In this document: positions 38,401 to 47,632 of the stretch, in pieces
Layout of the letters: each line of letters starts with the position of its first letter
Position numbering within the stretch: position 1 is the first letter of the stretch
Virus record (IMG/VR): IMGVR_UViG_3300031992_000040
Location: 1-64,000 of that record
Reading direction: 5' to 3' (one strand)
Length of the DNA: 64,000 bases
DNA from: a virus
Taxonomy: Duplodnaviria; Caudoviricetes
Program-made: the position numbers and the translations under genes
Notes under the pieces: model-generated
Database searches by the model: none
Told to the model about the DNA's origin: nothing
What the model saw: only the letters and a program-made list of their open reading frames with translations

Positions 38401-39401
38401 TAAGAGGTCAGACAAATACCTATATACAATATAATGTTGTTAGCAAAACAGCGAATGGAGCTTCTGTAGCATCCAGAACTGGCATAAATGTTCCATCGAC
38501 TTATTACGTAGATACGATTAAAAGTAATTTTGCTGCTGATTGGACTCCTATTTCTTATAATCCAGGTGATTATGTTATAGGAGCTAATGGACAATTATAT
38601 AAATGTATTATTAAAACAACCGCTGGTCATTCATTTAATATTAATGAGTGGACTCTTGTAAAAGTTACGGATATATTAAAAACTATTCAAGAGGAAACGG
38701 TTAAAATAAATGAAGGAGTATTTAGACTAACTCAATCAAGCTCAATGGCCGATATATTAGCTGCCTTTGGTGGAGAAACCGATTTAAATACTTTAATTGA
38801 TAAATTAAACAATGGCGCTAGAGCTTATGTTAGCTATGATGCTACGGTTGAAAATCCTAGAGTTTACACTGTTGATTGCTCATCTAATGTAAGAGATGAA
38901 AGAACAGATGGCAGTGGAACTGTTATTTTAGCTTTTGAATACAATACGGGTGAAAGAATTGTTGGTGGAGCTTATACATTTACATTTACTGATAGTTTGG
39001 TAACTAATGCAATAGCTACTGTAACTGCTATCGATTGCGTAACTACCGAAACAAATCAAACAATTTCTGGTAAAAAAACATTTACTACGCTTCCAGAAAG
39101 TTCAATAGCTCCTACTTCTGATAACCAACTTGTTAATAAAAAGTATGTTGATGATAATGCTGGTGGAGGCGGATTCGATGTCTCTCAACTTGGATTTGAT
39201 GCTTTCTCAGACCAATCAACTTATGCTGTTGGAGATTTTGTAACTTATAATAACAAGGTGTATAAATGCACTACCGCTGTTACTACGGCTGGAGCTTGGA
39301 ACGCTGCTAACTGGACAGAATCTAGTATGAAAGGATATGTCGATAGCATAGTTGGAGATATTAACTCTGTTCTTGCATTGTTGACAACTCCATCAAATTA
39401 G
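35496..39401 (+). CDS. Large modular fibre/adhesin with internal repeats and CBM5/12-like modules
   Basis: 3x QYxxMP..IxQYxG..GYxY.C repeat, 2x QxIxGxKTF..LP..NxLVNKKxVD, and TYAVGDFVTYNNKVYKC...W. Confidence 0.7.
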   Translation: MAADIIARGMAATAIRPGEDGKIPASYLPSYVDDVVDLIAIDETAPAVCEEGDKYYNSVDKLIYTATGTNTWGSSGEAPLQGKIYINMAQQPSTSYRWDGNNLVLIGGAGQIIQYNEMPTPESNILGKIIQYTGENDGNYVKGYYYICVSDGNDPATYSWSNIGVQGCENFMSIDADGCWNITNVKPGVYFYPKAEVSGQTTPEGFPAFSIQVEEVKLANLISAENGVRIFKSPLEAETGDIVLETYYHEGPCIKRLTLAKTANSWAETYNNILVYVDSGSDQSIAGTKTFNALPQSSAVPYLDNHLVNKKFVDDNFLGTKVMMPAASANYLNKIVEYVGDTNANYTHGYFYECISDGEDPATYSWENINVQEGSTIQYTVMPEPTEELLGTVVQYVGEDNGDYVKNWFYECGYYDGIASVESVTGDIEATVDSSTFNNYVFYNIGTYTFTYNGSSNRWVIDTNRVKSGVLYQSGLTVTGTPVDGDTIVVKNIANYNWLPVPGLSEGAIEFKELNPDLNDDFIRNKIVKAINIIIAHNKKYNRYNQGGERCHTGIYIYADGYKEIVGMTFSSVPSPTSHRCLINLIFSSEVFANVMPQYNTHYGLKYEMIGSATQAAVYIDGEEYQNGYITDVYSNTSNVNYYGRLSFTNTARNITFSNTGYDGLPLGTLNDDAYTPTASYHPATKKYVDGIFNNSKTVKDLYLIDSQGTISDTNTLEEGDSYTYSITSSSGQSNSYLQYTFTEPLNLTLNSHIIIDSAMKINVSATWVNFFFYIYRGNQWILTGDNKGQPNSECVVSGSIAEKQIYITNLQTNSAVSNLLNADGTITIQAGDVLRISENKRINPANGFILTFISSYDMPCNIKIQYGAIGASSVIDTINNETKTQHEWNSIFANSSLAFDLLPETSFNEPFDLLTAKQGSYVSAGGAIGASSYFSYGDDLKFSSSNVIDLLILNDFEKAQIGEIFAIVRGQTNTYIQYNVVSKTANGASVASRTGINVPSTYYVDTIKSNFAADWTPISYNPGDYVIGANGQLYKCIIKTTAGHSFNINEWTLVKVTDILKTIQEETVKINEGVFRLTQSSSMADILAAFGGETDLNTLIDKLNNGARAYVSYDATVENPRVYTVDCSSNVRDERTDGSGTVILAFEYNTGERIVGGAYTFTFTDSLVTNAIATVTAIDCVTTETNQTISGKKTFTTLPESSIAPTSDNQLVNKKYVDDNAGGGGFDVSQLGFDAFSDQSTYAVGDFVTYNNKVYKCTTAVTTAGAWNAANWTESSMKGYVDSIVGDINSVLALLTTPSN

Positions 39402-39419
39402 AGATAGAGAGGTGGTTAT

Positions 39420-41456
39420 ATGATAACAACAGAAGACTACCTTCGTAGTTTAATAAATGATAGAAATAAAATAATAAACAAGATTGAGGCACACGGTGAT
39501 AGTGTGCCTTCCAATCCTACTTTTGGTGAATTAGCAAATATTTATAATAATACTTCATTACTTCCTTATGATTATTCTCCAAGAGGTTTGTTTTCTCCAA
39601 ACATAGCAACTATATATACTGTTGAACCTCAAGTTTATCTATATACTAAGTTTACAAATAATTTATCTGGCTTTTATTCTGGTTTATATGGTGGAAATGT
39701 TCAAAATATGGATGCTTCTAATGCGACTGCGGGCGTAAATGCGTTTTTTAGTGTTAGTTCTTTAAATTTAAACGGTGCAAATTTTAATAATATGATAAAT
39801 ATTGACGGTATGTTTGCTAATACGAGTGGAAACGCTTTTATAAATAATATAAAATTTGGAAATGTTATTACGGCTTCAAATTTATTTAGTAATTCTAATA
39901 TTTCTACAATCGATGTCAACTTATCAAATCTTCAAAATGCGGCTTCTATGTTTGAAAATTGTGTCAACTTAACTTCTGTTGCAGGAAATATTGGTGATTC
40001 TGGAAGTCTAACCAATATGTATCATATGTATTCTGGATGCGGCAACCTACAAAATATTCCAAATGTTGTTATAAGAGATAATATTTCAAATATAGAAGGT
40101 ATTTTGCGAATAAATGATTCAACTATGTTAAAAGTTCCTGCTCAATTTAATTTAGATATTCAAGATAATAATCATGCACTTAATTTTTTTCGAGGAGTTT
40201 TTACTTATAGCAATGTTATTAATGTTAGTAATTTGATTATTTCTAACGAAACTCAATCTTCCTCTAATATATTTGGTATATTACAGAATTGTAAAATGTT
40301 GCAGAGTGTATACAATGTTAATTTACCAAAAACTACAACTGGAATAGGTGGAGGATACACAAATTTATTTTATGATTGTGCAAATCTTACGACAGTTTCA
40401 AACTTGAATGTCACGGGCTGTAAAGATATATCTGGTATGTTCAGAAATTGTAAAAAAATTAATAACGTCAGCGTTATTGGTAATTTTTCACAGGTAACGA
40501 ATGCTAGTAATGCATTTTCATATTCAAGTTCTGGTGCCATAGTTACAAACGATACTGCGGATTTTTCTAATGTTGTTAATGCATCATATATGTTTAACAA
40601 TGGAGGAATAAGAAATGGCGTTGTGTTAAAATTTAATAAAGTTATTGATGCCAGTTATATGTTTGCGGAAAATTCTTCGGGATTTTCGGGCCGCGTTGAT
40701 GTTGATATGGGTTATTCTCCAATAGAAAATGCATCGCATATGTTTTATAATCATTCATACACATATCGAATGAATATCACTAATTTAAGATTTGATACAA
40801 TTAAGGATGCTACATATATGTTTAATGCTGTTGGGTCAGGCACAATAAAAAATATAACTGGAAACGGTTATTGTAATTTTGCTAATGCTACAAGTTTAAG
40901 CCAGGCTTTTAGTTATTGTTTTGAAAATGATTTGATACTTGATTTAGGGGTCGATGGAGTAAGTATGTATTCAATATTTTGGAGAAGCAATATAGTAAAT
41001 CTTACTATAATCAATCAGCAAAAAGCAAATCTTTGCTGGGCTTTTCAGGAGTGTTATTTCCCATATATTAACTTAGATATAGATTTGCGAGGGGAGAACT
41101 TACGTTCACAATTTCGCCGCTGCACGAATTTGATTTCATTACCAAATTTTTATAATTATAACGGTTTAGATTGTAGTTATTTTTGTGATTCTTGTTATAA
41201 TCTGGTAGACGTTCCGATTATTGAATTTGCCCCAAATTCTAGTGTTTTGTATGCTTTTCGTTCTTGTAATAATTTAAGTAACGATAGTATTATAAACATA
41301 GCAACTTCTTTGGTTAATGCTGGAACGATGCCTTATATGAATTTTAATTCAACCAATTTTCAAAGTCTATTTTATCAAACAAATATTAATGTTCTTAATT
41401 GTGGTGTTCCGGAAGAAGTTTTAAGTGCTTTGAATGCAAATGGATGGACTTATTAG
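39420..41456 (+). CDS. BspA/DUF285-like leucine-rich-repeat protein
   Basis: Repeated NASxMFxNCxNL units. Confidence 0.75.
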   Translation: MITTEDYLRSLINDRNKIINKIEAHGDSVPSNPTFGELANIYNNTSLLPYDYSPRGLFSPNIATIYTVEPQVYLYTKFTNNLSGFYSGLYGGNVQNMDASNATAGVNAFFSVSSLNLNGANFNNMINIDGMFANTSGNAFINNIKFGNVITASNLFSNSNISTIDVNLSNLQNAASMFENCVNLTSVAGNIGDSGSLTNMYHMYSGCGNLQNIPNVVIRDNISNIEGILRINDSTMLKVPAQFNLDIQDNNHALNFFRGVFTYSNVINVSNLIISNETQSSSNIFGILQNCKMLQSVYNVNLPKTTTGIGGGYTNLFYDCANLTTVSNLNVTGCKDISGMFRNCKKINNVSVIGNFSQVTNASNAFSYSSSGAIVTNDTADFSNVVNASYMFNNGGIRNGVVLKFNKVIDASYMFAENSSGFSGRVDVDMGYSPIENASHMFYNHSYTYRMNITNLRFDTIKDATYMFNAVGSGTIKNITGNGYCNFANATSLSQAFSYCFENDLILDLGVDGVSMYSIFWRSNIVNLTIINQQKANLCWAFQECYFPYINLDIDLRGENLRSQFRRCTNLISLPNFYNYNGLDCSYFCDSCYNLVDVPIIEFAPNSSVLYAFRSCNNLSNDSIINIATSLVNAGTMPYMNFNSTNFQSLFYQTNINVLNCGVPEEVLSALNANGWTY

Positions 41457-41470
41457 AAAGGGGGATGGTT

Positions 41471-42463
41471 ATGAATTTTAATGATTATGCTAGTATACTT
41501 ATGAATGATATGAATAATTTAAAAATGGCTATGGCTAACAGAACCCTTTCCGATGAAGGGAATCTAACTAATTTGTCTGAAAATTTTTCATATATTGATT
41601 TAAATAATATTTCAGTAATAATACCAGATACATCTTTAAATGTTTATGATATTAGATGTTTAACACCGTTGGCTATAAGCAAATCGTTATATTTGTTTTC
41701 TAATTGTCAGAATATGACAAACATCATAGGATTGCCAAATCAGCTTATGTATGCTCCTGCTATGTTTCGAAATTGTAAAAAACTAACGAACATTCCTAAT
41801 ATAGAGATATTACCTATATTTGACGAAAATCTTTTTTATGAAAATCCTTTGCCTGTGGCAGGAGCTCCTAAAGCAAAAAGTTGCGAATTTATGTTTGCAG
41901 GATGTAATTCGATACAAAATTTAAATGGACTTTCTGGATTTAATCATATTACATCAATAAATAATATATGTAATGGATGTTCTTCTTTGAGAAGTTTTCC
42001 AGCTTTAAATTTAAAAAATTTGGAGACATTTGATGATGCGTTTTATGGGTGTTATCAATTATATAATGTTCCTGATTTTGATACTCCAAAATTGAATGGT
42101 TTTTCAGACGCATTTCATTATTGCCACAATTTAAAAGACGCACCGAATATAAATACTGTTTCAGCAACACGAATGAATAACATTTTTGCTGACTGTAAAA
42201 ATTTGGTTAATGTTCCAGAATATAATACAAGAAATGTTAGATATATGACTCAGGCTTTCGCTCGTTGCAATAATTTGAGTAATGCAAGTGTTATAAATAT
42301 AGTTAATATGTGTATTAATAGTAATGTTACTAATACTCTTTTTGCGAAATATAGAAATTTAAATACGACAAATAACAGAAGTCCATTATATCAGACTAAG
42401 TTTAATAGTTCGTATTATTCAAACCGCATATCAGACCTTACTGCTGCGGGTTGGAAATATTAA
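41471..42463 (+). CDS. Second BspA/DUF285-like LRR protein
   Basis: MFxxCxxL repeats; start moved to ATG 41471 (AGAAAGGGGG RBS). Confidence 0.75.
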   Translation: MNFNDYASILMNDMNNLKMAMANRTLSDEGNLTNLSENFSYIDLNNISVIIPDTSLNVYDIRCLTPLAISKSLYLFSNCQNMTNIIGLPNQLMYAPAMFRNCKKLTNIPNIEILPIFDENLFYENPLPVAGAPKAKSCEFMFAGCNSIQNLNGLSGFNHITSINNICNGCSSLRSFPALNLKNLETFDDAFYGCYQLYNVPDFDTPKLNGFSDAFHYCHNLKDAPNINTVSATRMNNIFADCKNLVNVPEYNTRNVRYMTQAFARCNNLSNASVINIVNMCINSNVTNTLFAKYRNLNTTNNRSPLYQTKFNSSYYSNRISDLTAAGWKY

Positions 42464-42466
42464 AAA

Positions 42467-42490
42467 AAAGAGGCGAGAAATCGTCTCTTT
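42467..42490 (+). terminator. Terminator-like hairpin with GAAA tetraloop
   Basis: AAAGAGGCGA-GAAA-TCGTCTCTTT. Confidence 0.7.
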
Positions 42491-42524
42491 CTAAAATTAA
42501 AGAAAGAAAGGAAAGAAATAAAAT

Positions 42525-43565
42525 ATGATAGATGTTATTATTCCTGCGTATAATAGTCAGGATACAATTATAAGAACTTTAAGTAGTTTAGCAATGCAGC
42601 TAAATAGAGATGAATTAGTTGTAACAATAGTAAATGACGGGGGAAAAGATTATAAAGAAATAGTCGAAACTTTTAAACCATTACTTAATATTAAGGAAAT
42701 AGGATATAAAGAAAATAGAGGGCCTGGTTATGCCAGACAATATGGAATAGACCACACCAAGGAAGATTTTATAACTTTTATTGATGCGGATGATACTTTT
42801 TATGAGGCTTGTTCTTTATCTTTATTATCTAAACCAATGAAGGATACTTCAACTAAATTTATTATAAGCCCTTTTATACAGATTGGTAAAAATAATGAAC
42901 AGATGCCTATGCAAGCAAATCTTGTTTGGGTTTTCGGGCATATGTATAGAAGAAGTTTTCTAAAACAACATAACATAAGATTTACTTCGACTAGGGCAAA
43001 TGAAGATGTTGGATTTAATAATATGTGTTATTTAATAGCCCGTAATGATATGGGGGAAGAGGGAGGAAAAATACTTGGAACTCCAACTTATGAATGGCAT
43101 TTTAATCAAGCATCGATTACAAGGAGGGGTAAGGATGAATATGAGTATGGAATTTGCACTCCCGGTTATATTTATAATTTACACAACGCTTATAATGTAG
43201 CTCAAAGAGAGGGTGTTCCTTTGAAAATGATTGCGCCTTCTGCATTGGAAACTGCATTTAGTTGTTTTATATATTATAATGTAGCTTTAGCAAAAGGGGT
43301 TCCCGAAGAAACTTTGGAGGCAATAGAAGAACTTTCAAGAAAATTTTACTATGATTATTATAAACAAATACAGGAATATATTTCACAAGATGAATATAAG
43401 CAAATGTATACTAATTCTTATAATGGAAAAGGTTCACATTTGCAAGGAATTATTTTTAAAATGACATTAGACGATTTTATTAATTTAATGTTTAGCAAAC
43501 CAGTTAATGATACTACTTATGAGCAATTAGAAAAGAGTGTTCAAACGGTAGCTGAAAATTTATAA
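42525..43565 (+). CDS. Family 2 glycosyltransferase
   Basis: DVIIPAYN, IVNDG, NRGPGYARQYG, FIDADD (DxD), NEDVGFN. Confidence 0.9.
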   Translation: MIDVIIPAYNSQDTIIRTLSSLAMQLNRDELVVTIVNDGGKDYKEIVETFKPLLNIKEIGYKENRGPGYARQYGIDHTKEDFITFIDADDTFYEACSLSLLSKPMKDTSTKFIISPFIQIGKNNEQMPMQANLVWVFGHMYRRSFLKQHNIRFTSTRANEDVGFNNMCYLIARNDMGEEGGKILGTPTYEWHFNQASITRRGKDEYEYGICTPGYIYNLHNAYNVAQREGVPLKMIAPSALETAFSCFIYYNVALAKGVPEETLEAIEELSRKFYYDYYKQIQEYISQDEYKQMYTNSYNGKGSHLQGIIFKMTLDDFINLMFSKPVNDTTYEQLEKSVQTVAENL

Positions 43566-43589
43566 AAAAAATGAAGGGAGGAGTTCTTT

Positions 43590-45497
43590 TTGATATATCA
43601 ACCTAAAAACGTCCTACCAAAATCTGGTAGTGCCGTCAATAGTTCCGAAGATACTGTTATATCTATGGATATTCAGACGAACTCATATATAAATCAATAC
43701 ATTTTAAGTGTTTATGATAAGGGAGCAACAGGATGGAATGACACGCCGATATATGTTTATAATTCAGGAGAACTAACCTCTGATGAATATATATATAATA
43801 ACGAGACATTAACTATAACATTAGACCGAATGCTCGTTCCTTTTATAAATGGGGATATTTATGGTTGGAGTATTAGATTATTCCAACCAACCCCAAATAT
43901 TGTTGTTACTACTGGAACGATAGTTAGTGTAGAAGATTCTACTAATTATCATATACAAATGAATCCAAATATTAAAGTTGGTATGTGTATAAAAAGAGAA
44001 GGACTTGCGGCTCCAGTATCTACAATAAGTGCATATGATGTCGAAACGGGGGCTATAACTCTAAGTTCAATAGCTGACCCTTTTATTCAAGGAGAAGTCT
44101 ATCAAATAGTTTCTTTTTATATAGATACAACGCCTTTAAATGTATTTTATTATTGGCAGGAACCAACCATTGAAATAGAAGACGTTCCCGCAACAATTAC
44201 AACCAGAACGCATACTTTTCAGGGAACTTGTAATGACGACCAATCCCCTATTGTTTGGTATAAATTTGACCTTTATGAAGAGCAGGAGGATGGGACTTTT
44301 AAATTAATTGATTCTACGGGTGAAGTTTATTCTGCTCGTCTTAATTATACTTATGATTCGTTTATGTCAGAACAAACATATAAAATACAGATGACTATGC
44401 AAAATGATTTTGGACAAACGGTTTATTCTGATTTATATGAATTTAATGTTTCTTATGCTTTTATTGAATATTTACAGCAACCAGTTGCAACTTGTAATGC
44501 AAATCAAAATGCAATAAATGTTTCTTGGGCTGCTCCGGTCGAAAACGATGGTCGTTTAGCGCCTGTTTTAAAACCAGAGAGGGTTTTTACTTATGTTCCT
44601 TATACTACTACTAATGCCGGAGTTACATTTACTGCTTCGAATACTCGTATTGGGTTGTCTGGATATTCAACTGCTATGGAGCCGAGCGTTTCGATATCAT
44701 TAGATGGAGCGATGACTTTTTTAGCGAATAAAACTTATGAACTTAATCTTTTTGAAGAAGGAGATAAAACGAGCACAAATCCATCGATTTATCCAGTTTT
44801 ATATTTTCAAGATTCAAATTCTAATGTTAAATTACTTTTGAAACCTGGGGATTTTCCTTATACTTATACCCCAACAGAAGATGTTTCTATCTCCAAAATA
44901 ATGGTGTTGCCTGTTTATCACGTTACATATACGGATTATACGGCAAAAATAACTGTTAGAGAGGTGGTTCCAACGGAATCTCCCTCGGATGCTAAATATC
45001 TTTATAATACTCCTTTTAATGGGGTTAATAGCCTTTATACTGATAATTATGAAGTAATCTGGGAAAATGAAGATGGTCTTTGCACTCTTTCAAATGATTT
45101 TGATATTTCATTTGTTTTTAATTTAGATTCAGATTTCTTTATTGATTCGGATAATAATTCTATAGAAGAAGCTACTATTTTTGAAACAGAAGCAGATGTT
45201 TCAGCAGAAAATGATATGTCAAGCTTTGTTGTAAAAATAAATAAATATGATTTAATACTTGAAAGCGGAGATGCTGTTCTTTTAAGAAAAAATATTTTTG
45301 GAGGGAATATTTCTCAGGCATTTGTTTTAAGTAGCGTTCCTGAAGTAGACCAGTATAAAGATTATATATGGTCTGATACAGCAACTTGGGCTGATACATA
45401 TTATTGGGTAGAAGGATTAAGTTTCAACGATAGAATGTGTAATAAATGGTGGAAAGTTGAAATTAAACCAACTTCAATTAAAGCAATATTAATGTAG
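43590..45497 (+). CDS. Tail/baseplate structural protein
   Basis: Beta-rich with FN3-like segments; follows the TMP region. Confidence 0.6.
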   Translation: MIYQPKNVLPKSGSAVNSSEDTVISMDIQTNSYINQYILSVYDKGATGWNDTPIYVYNSGELTSDEYIYNNETLTITLDRMLVPFINGDIYGWSIRLFQPTPNIVVTTGTIVSVEDSTNYHIQMNPNIKVGMCIKREGLAAPVSTISAYDVETGAITLSSIADPFIQGEVYQIVSFYIDTTPLNVFYYWQEPTIEIEDVPATITTRTHTFQGTCNDDQSPIVWYKFDLYEEQEDGTFKLIDSTGEVYSARLNYTYDSFMSEQTYKIQMTMQNDFGQTVYSDLYEFNVSYAFIEYLQQPVATCNANQNAINVSWAAPVENDGRLAPVLKPERVFTYVPYTTTNAGVTFTASNTRIGLSGYSTAMEPSVSISLDGAMTFLANKTYELNLFEEGDKTSTNPSIYPVLYFQDSNSNVKLLLKPGDFPYTYTPTEDVSISKIMVLPVYHVTYTDYTAKITVREVVPTESPSDAKYLYNTPFNGVNSLYTDNYEVIWENEDGLCTLSNDFDISFVFNLDSDFFIDSDNNSIEEATIFETEADVSAENDMSSFVVKINKYDLILESGDAVLLRKNIFGGNISQAFVLSSVPEVDQYKDYIWSDTATWADTYYWVEGLSFNDRMCNKWWKVEIKPTSIKAILM

Positions 45498-45509
45498 AGG
45501 GGTGATTGA

Positions 45510-46358
45510 ATGATAAAAAAAATAAAATTAAATAAAAGTGTTAAATTAGACTTTTTGCATATAAAAGAAGGCTCTAATTCTGATGATAATATTTTCTCTA
45601 ATAATCAATATATCCCCTCTTTAAGTGTCGATTCTCGTTTTTTAGTTAAATTTGAGGATACAACGCTAATTGCTCACGGAATTTCTAATTTGGCATTAGG
45701 TAATACTTTTAGTGTTTACAAAAAAGTTAATAATGATTTAGAACTTATTTATGTATCTAGGATAGACGATGGATATTTATCTGTCACAGATTATAAGGTA
45801 GCAAATAATAGAAAGTATCAATATTATATATTTAAAGAAACGGCAACTGCTATGTCTCAAGCTGTTTTATCAAATGATGTTGTAATAGATTGGTATGATT
45901 GGAGTATTATTGATGTTGCCCCAAGTCTAACAGATAAAAATTTATATTATGCAAATCCTTCTTCTATGTGGAAATTAACATTAAATCTTTCTAGTGATTC
46001 AACAACACAAAATATGAATACTACCGTATATCAAACATTGGCTCAATTTCCAAAAGTTTCTACTTCTAGCAATAATTATTCTAGCGGTGGATTATCTTGT
46101 TTATTGGGTAGTGTAGAAAAAATTGGGGCTAACACTGCTGATTATAATGAACCTTTTAATAAAATAAAAGAGTGGAATAAATTTTGTTCTAATGGAAATC
46201 TAAAACTTTTAAAAGACAGAAGAGGAAATGTTCGTTTGGTTATGATAACAGATACGAGTTCTGAAATTGATGACGTAGTAACTCAACAACCGACTACAAT
46301 ATCTTTTTCCTGGGTTGAAGTTGAAGATATGGATAAAATTTCTGTAATAGGTGTATAA
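45510..46358 (+). CDS. Distal tail (Dit)-like protein
   Basis: DYKVANNRKYQY, NNYSSG, KLLKDRRG, ISFSWVEV. Confidence 0.55.
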   Translation: MIKKIKLNKSVKLDFLHIKEGSNSDDNIFSNNQYIPSLSVDSRFLVKFEDTTLIAHGISNLALGNTFSVYKKVNNDLELIYVSRIDDGYLSVTDYKVANNRKYQYYIFKETATAMSQAVLSNDVVIDWYDWSIIDVAPSLTDKNLYYANPSSMWKLTLNLSSDSTTQNMNTTVYQTLAQFPKVSTSSNNYSSGGLSCLLGSVEKIGANTADYNEPFNKIKEWNKFCSNGNLKLLKDRRGNVRLVMITDTSSEIDDVVTQQPTTISFSWVEVEDMDKISVIGV

Positions 46359-47620
46359 TGTCAACATATAATAGGAATGCTTTAGCGGATTCAAATAATA
46401 ATATACTTTGGAACAAATTTGGAGAGGTTCTTAGGTTAGTAGATAGTGAAGATATATCTATGGATTATCTTGAAAGTGTTTTGCAAAGACCAAATATAAA
46501 AACCAGATATAGATTACTTCTTTTAAATCCGGATGAAAGTGTAAATTATGAAATTCCACAAGAAGATATAATAATAAATTCTGGTAGTTTTACAGAGAAT
46601 TATCAGAGTGGACAAAGAAAAAGTTTGACAATAGACTTGGTTAATACTGATGGAAAATATACCCCAAGTATAAATTCAATTTGGGTTCATAATAGATTAA
46701 GATTGGACGTTGGATTAGAATTTGATGGAAATCTTTATTGGTTTCCTCGTGGTGTTTATATCTTAAATAATCCTACTGATTATCATATTCTTTCTGACAA
46801 AAAAATATCTTTGTCTCTTTCTGATAAATTTGCGATTTTTGAAGGAAAATCTGGAACATTAGAGACTACTTATGAAATTCCAGTTGATTCAGATATTGAG
46901 GGAGTAATAAAAGGTATTCTTGGTATGGATAGTGGTTCTGGATATCCTTTAGATTCAAAACCCATTTTTTATGATAATAATTTATCTGGTATAAAAATGC
47001 CTTATACTTTAACTAAGGATGCTGGAAGCACTTTCGGGGAAATATTGTTAGAAATAGGTGTAATATTAAATGCGGAATTATATTATAATTCACAAGGTAA
47101 TTTTTGTGTTGTGGCAATTAATGAAACTTCTGATGATTATCAGAAAGCTTCGATGTGGGACTACGAAGAAGGAAAAAATGATTATTTTGATTCTAATATT
47201 AATTATGATTTTGAAAATGCTGTTAATGAAATACACGTTGTAGGAGATAACATATTGAATGATTTATTTTATGCAAAAGCCGTTAATGATAACCCTTTAT
47301 CTCCAATATGTGTTCAAAGAGTTGGAAGAAGAATAGATTATATAAATGATTCTGGAATATATAGCGATGATTTGGCAAAACAAAGAGCACAATATGAGTT
47401 GAGAAAAAAGATGATTTTGGGAACCATACTTAACGTAAGTGTGGCTTTTAATCCTTTATTGTTTGTAAATAATATAGTGACTATAACAGATTCACATTAC
47501 AAAATAAAAAAAGAAAGATATATAATACAATCCATTTCTTATACTTTAGGAAACGATAGCGTGATGAGTTTATCTTGTTCTAATGTTAATGAAAGGGTTA
47601 ATAGCGTATTACAAATGTAA
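46358..47620 (+). CDS. Baseplate hub (Tal/gp27-like) protein
   Basis: LSLSDK, ELYYNSQG, NEIHVVG, LAKQRAQYEL. Confidence 0.6.
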   Translation: MSTYNRNALADSNNNILWNKFGEVLRLVDSEDISMDYLESVLQRPNIKTRYRLLLLNPDESVNYEIPQEDIIINSGSFTENYQSGQRKSLTIDLVNTDGKYTPSINSIWVHNRLRLDVGLEFDGNLYWFPRGVYILNNPTDYHILSDKKISLSLSDKFAIFEGKSGTLETTYEIPVDSDIEGVIKGILGMDSGSGYPLDSKPIFYDNNLSGIKMPYTLTKDAGSTFGEILLEIGVILNAELYYNSQGNFCVVAINETSDDYQKASMWDYEEGKNDYFDSNINYDFENAVNEIHVVGDNILNDLFYAKAVNDNPLSPICVQRVGRRIDYINDSGIYSDDLAKQRAQYELRKKMILGTILNVSVAFNPLLFVNNIVTITDSHYKIKKERYIIQSISYTLGNDSVMSLSCSNVNERVNSVLQM

Positions 47621-47632
47621 AGAAGGTGTTGT

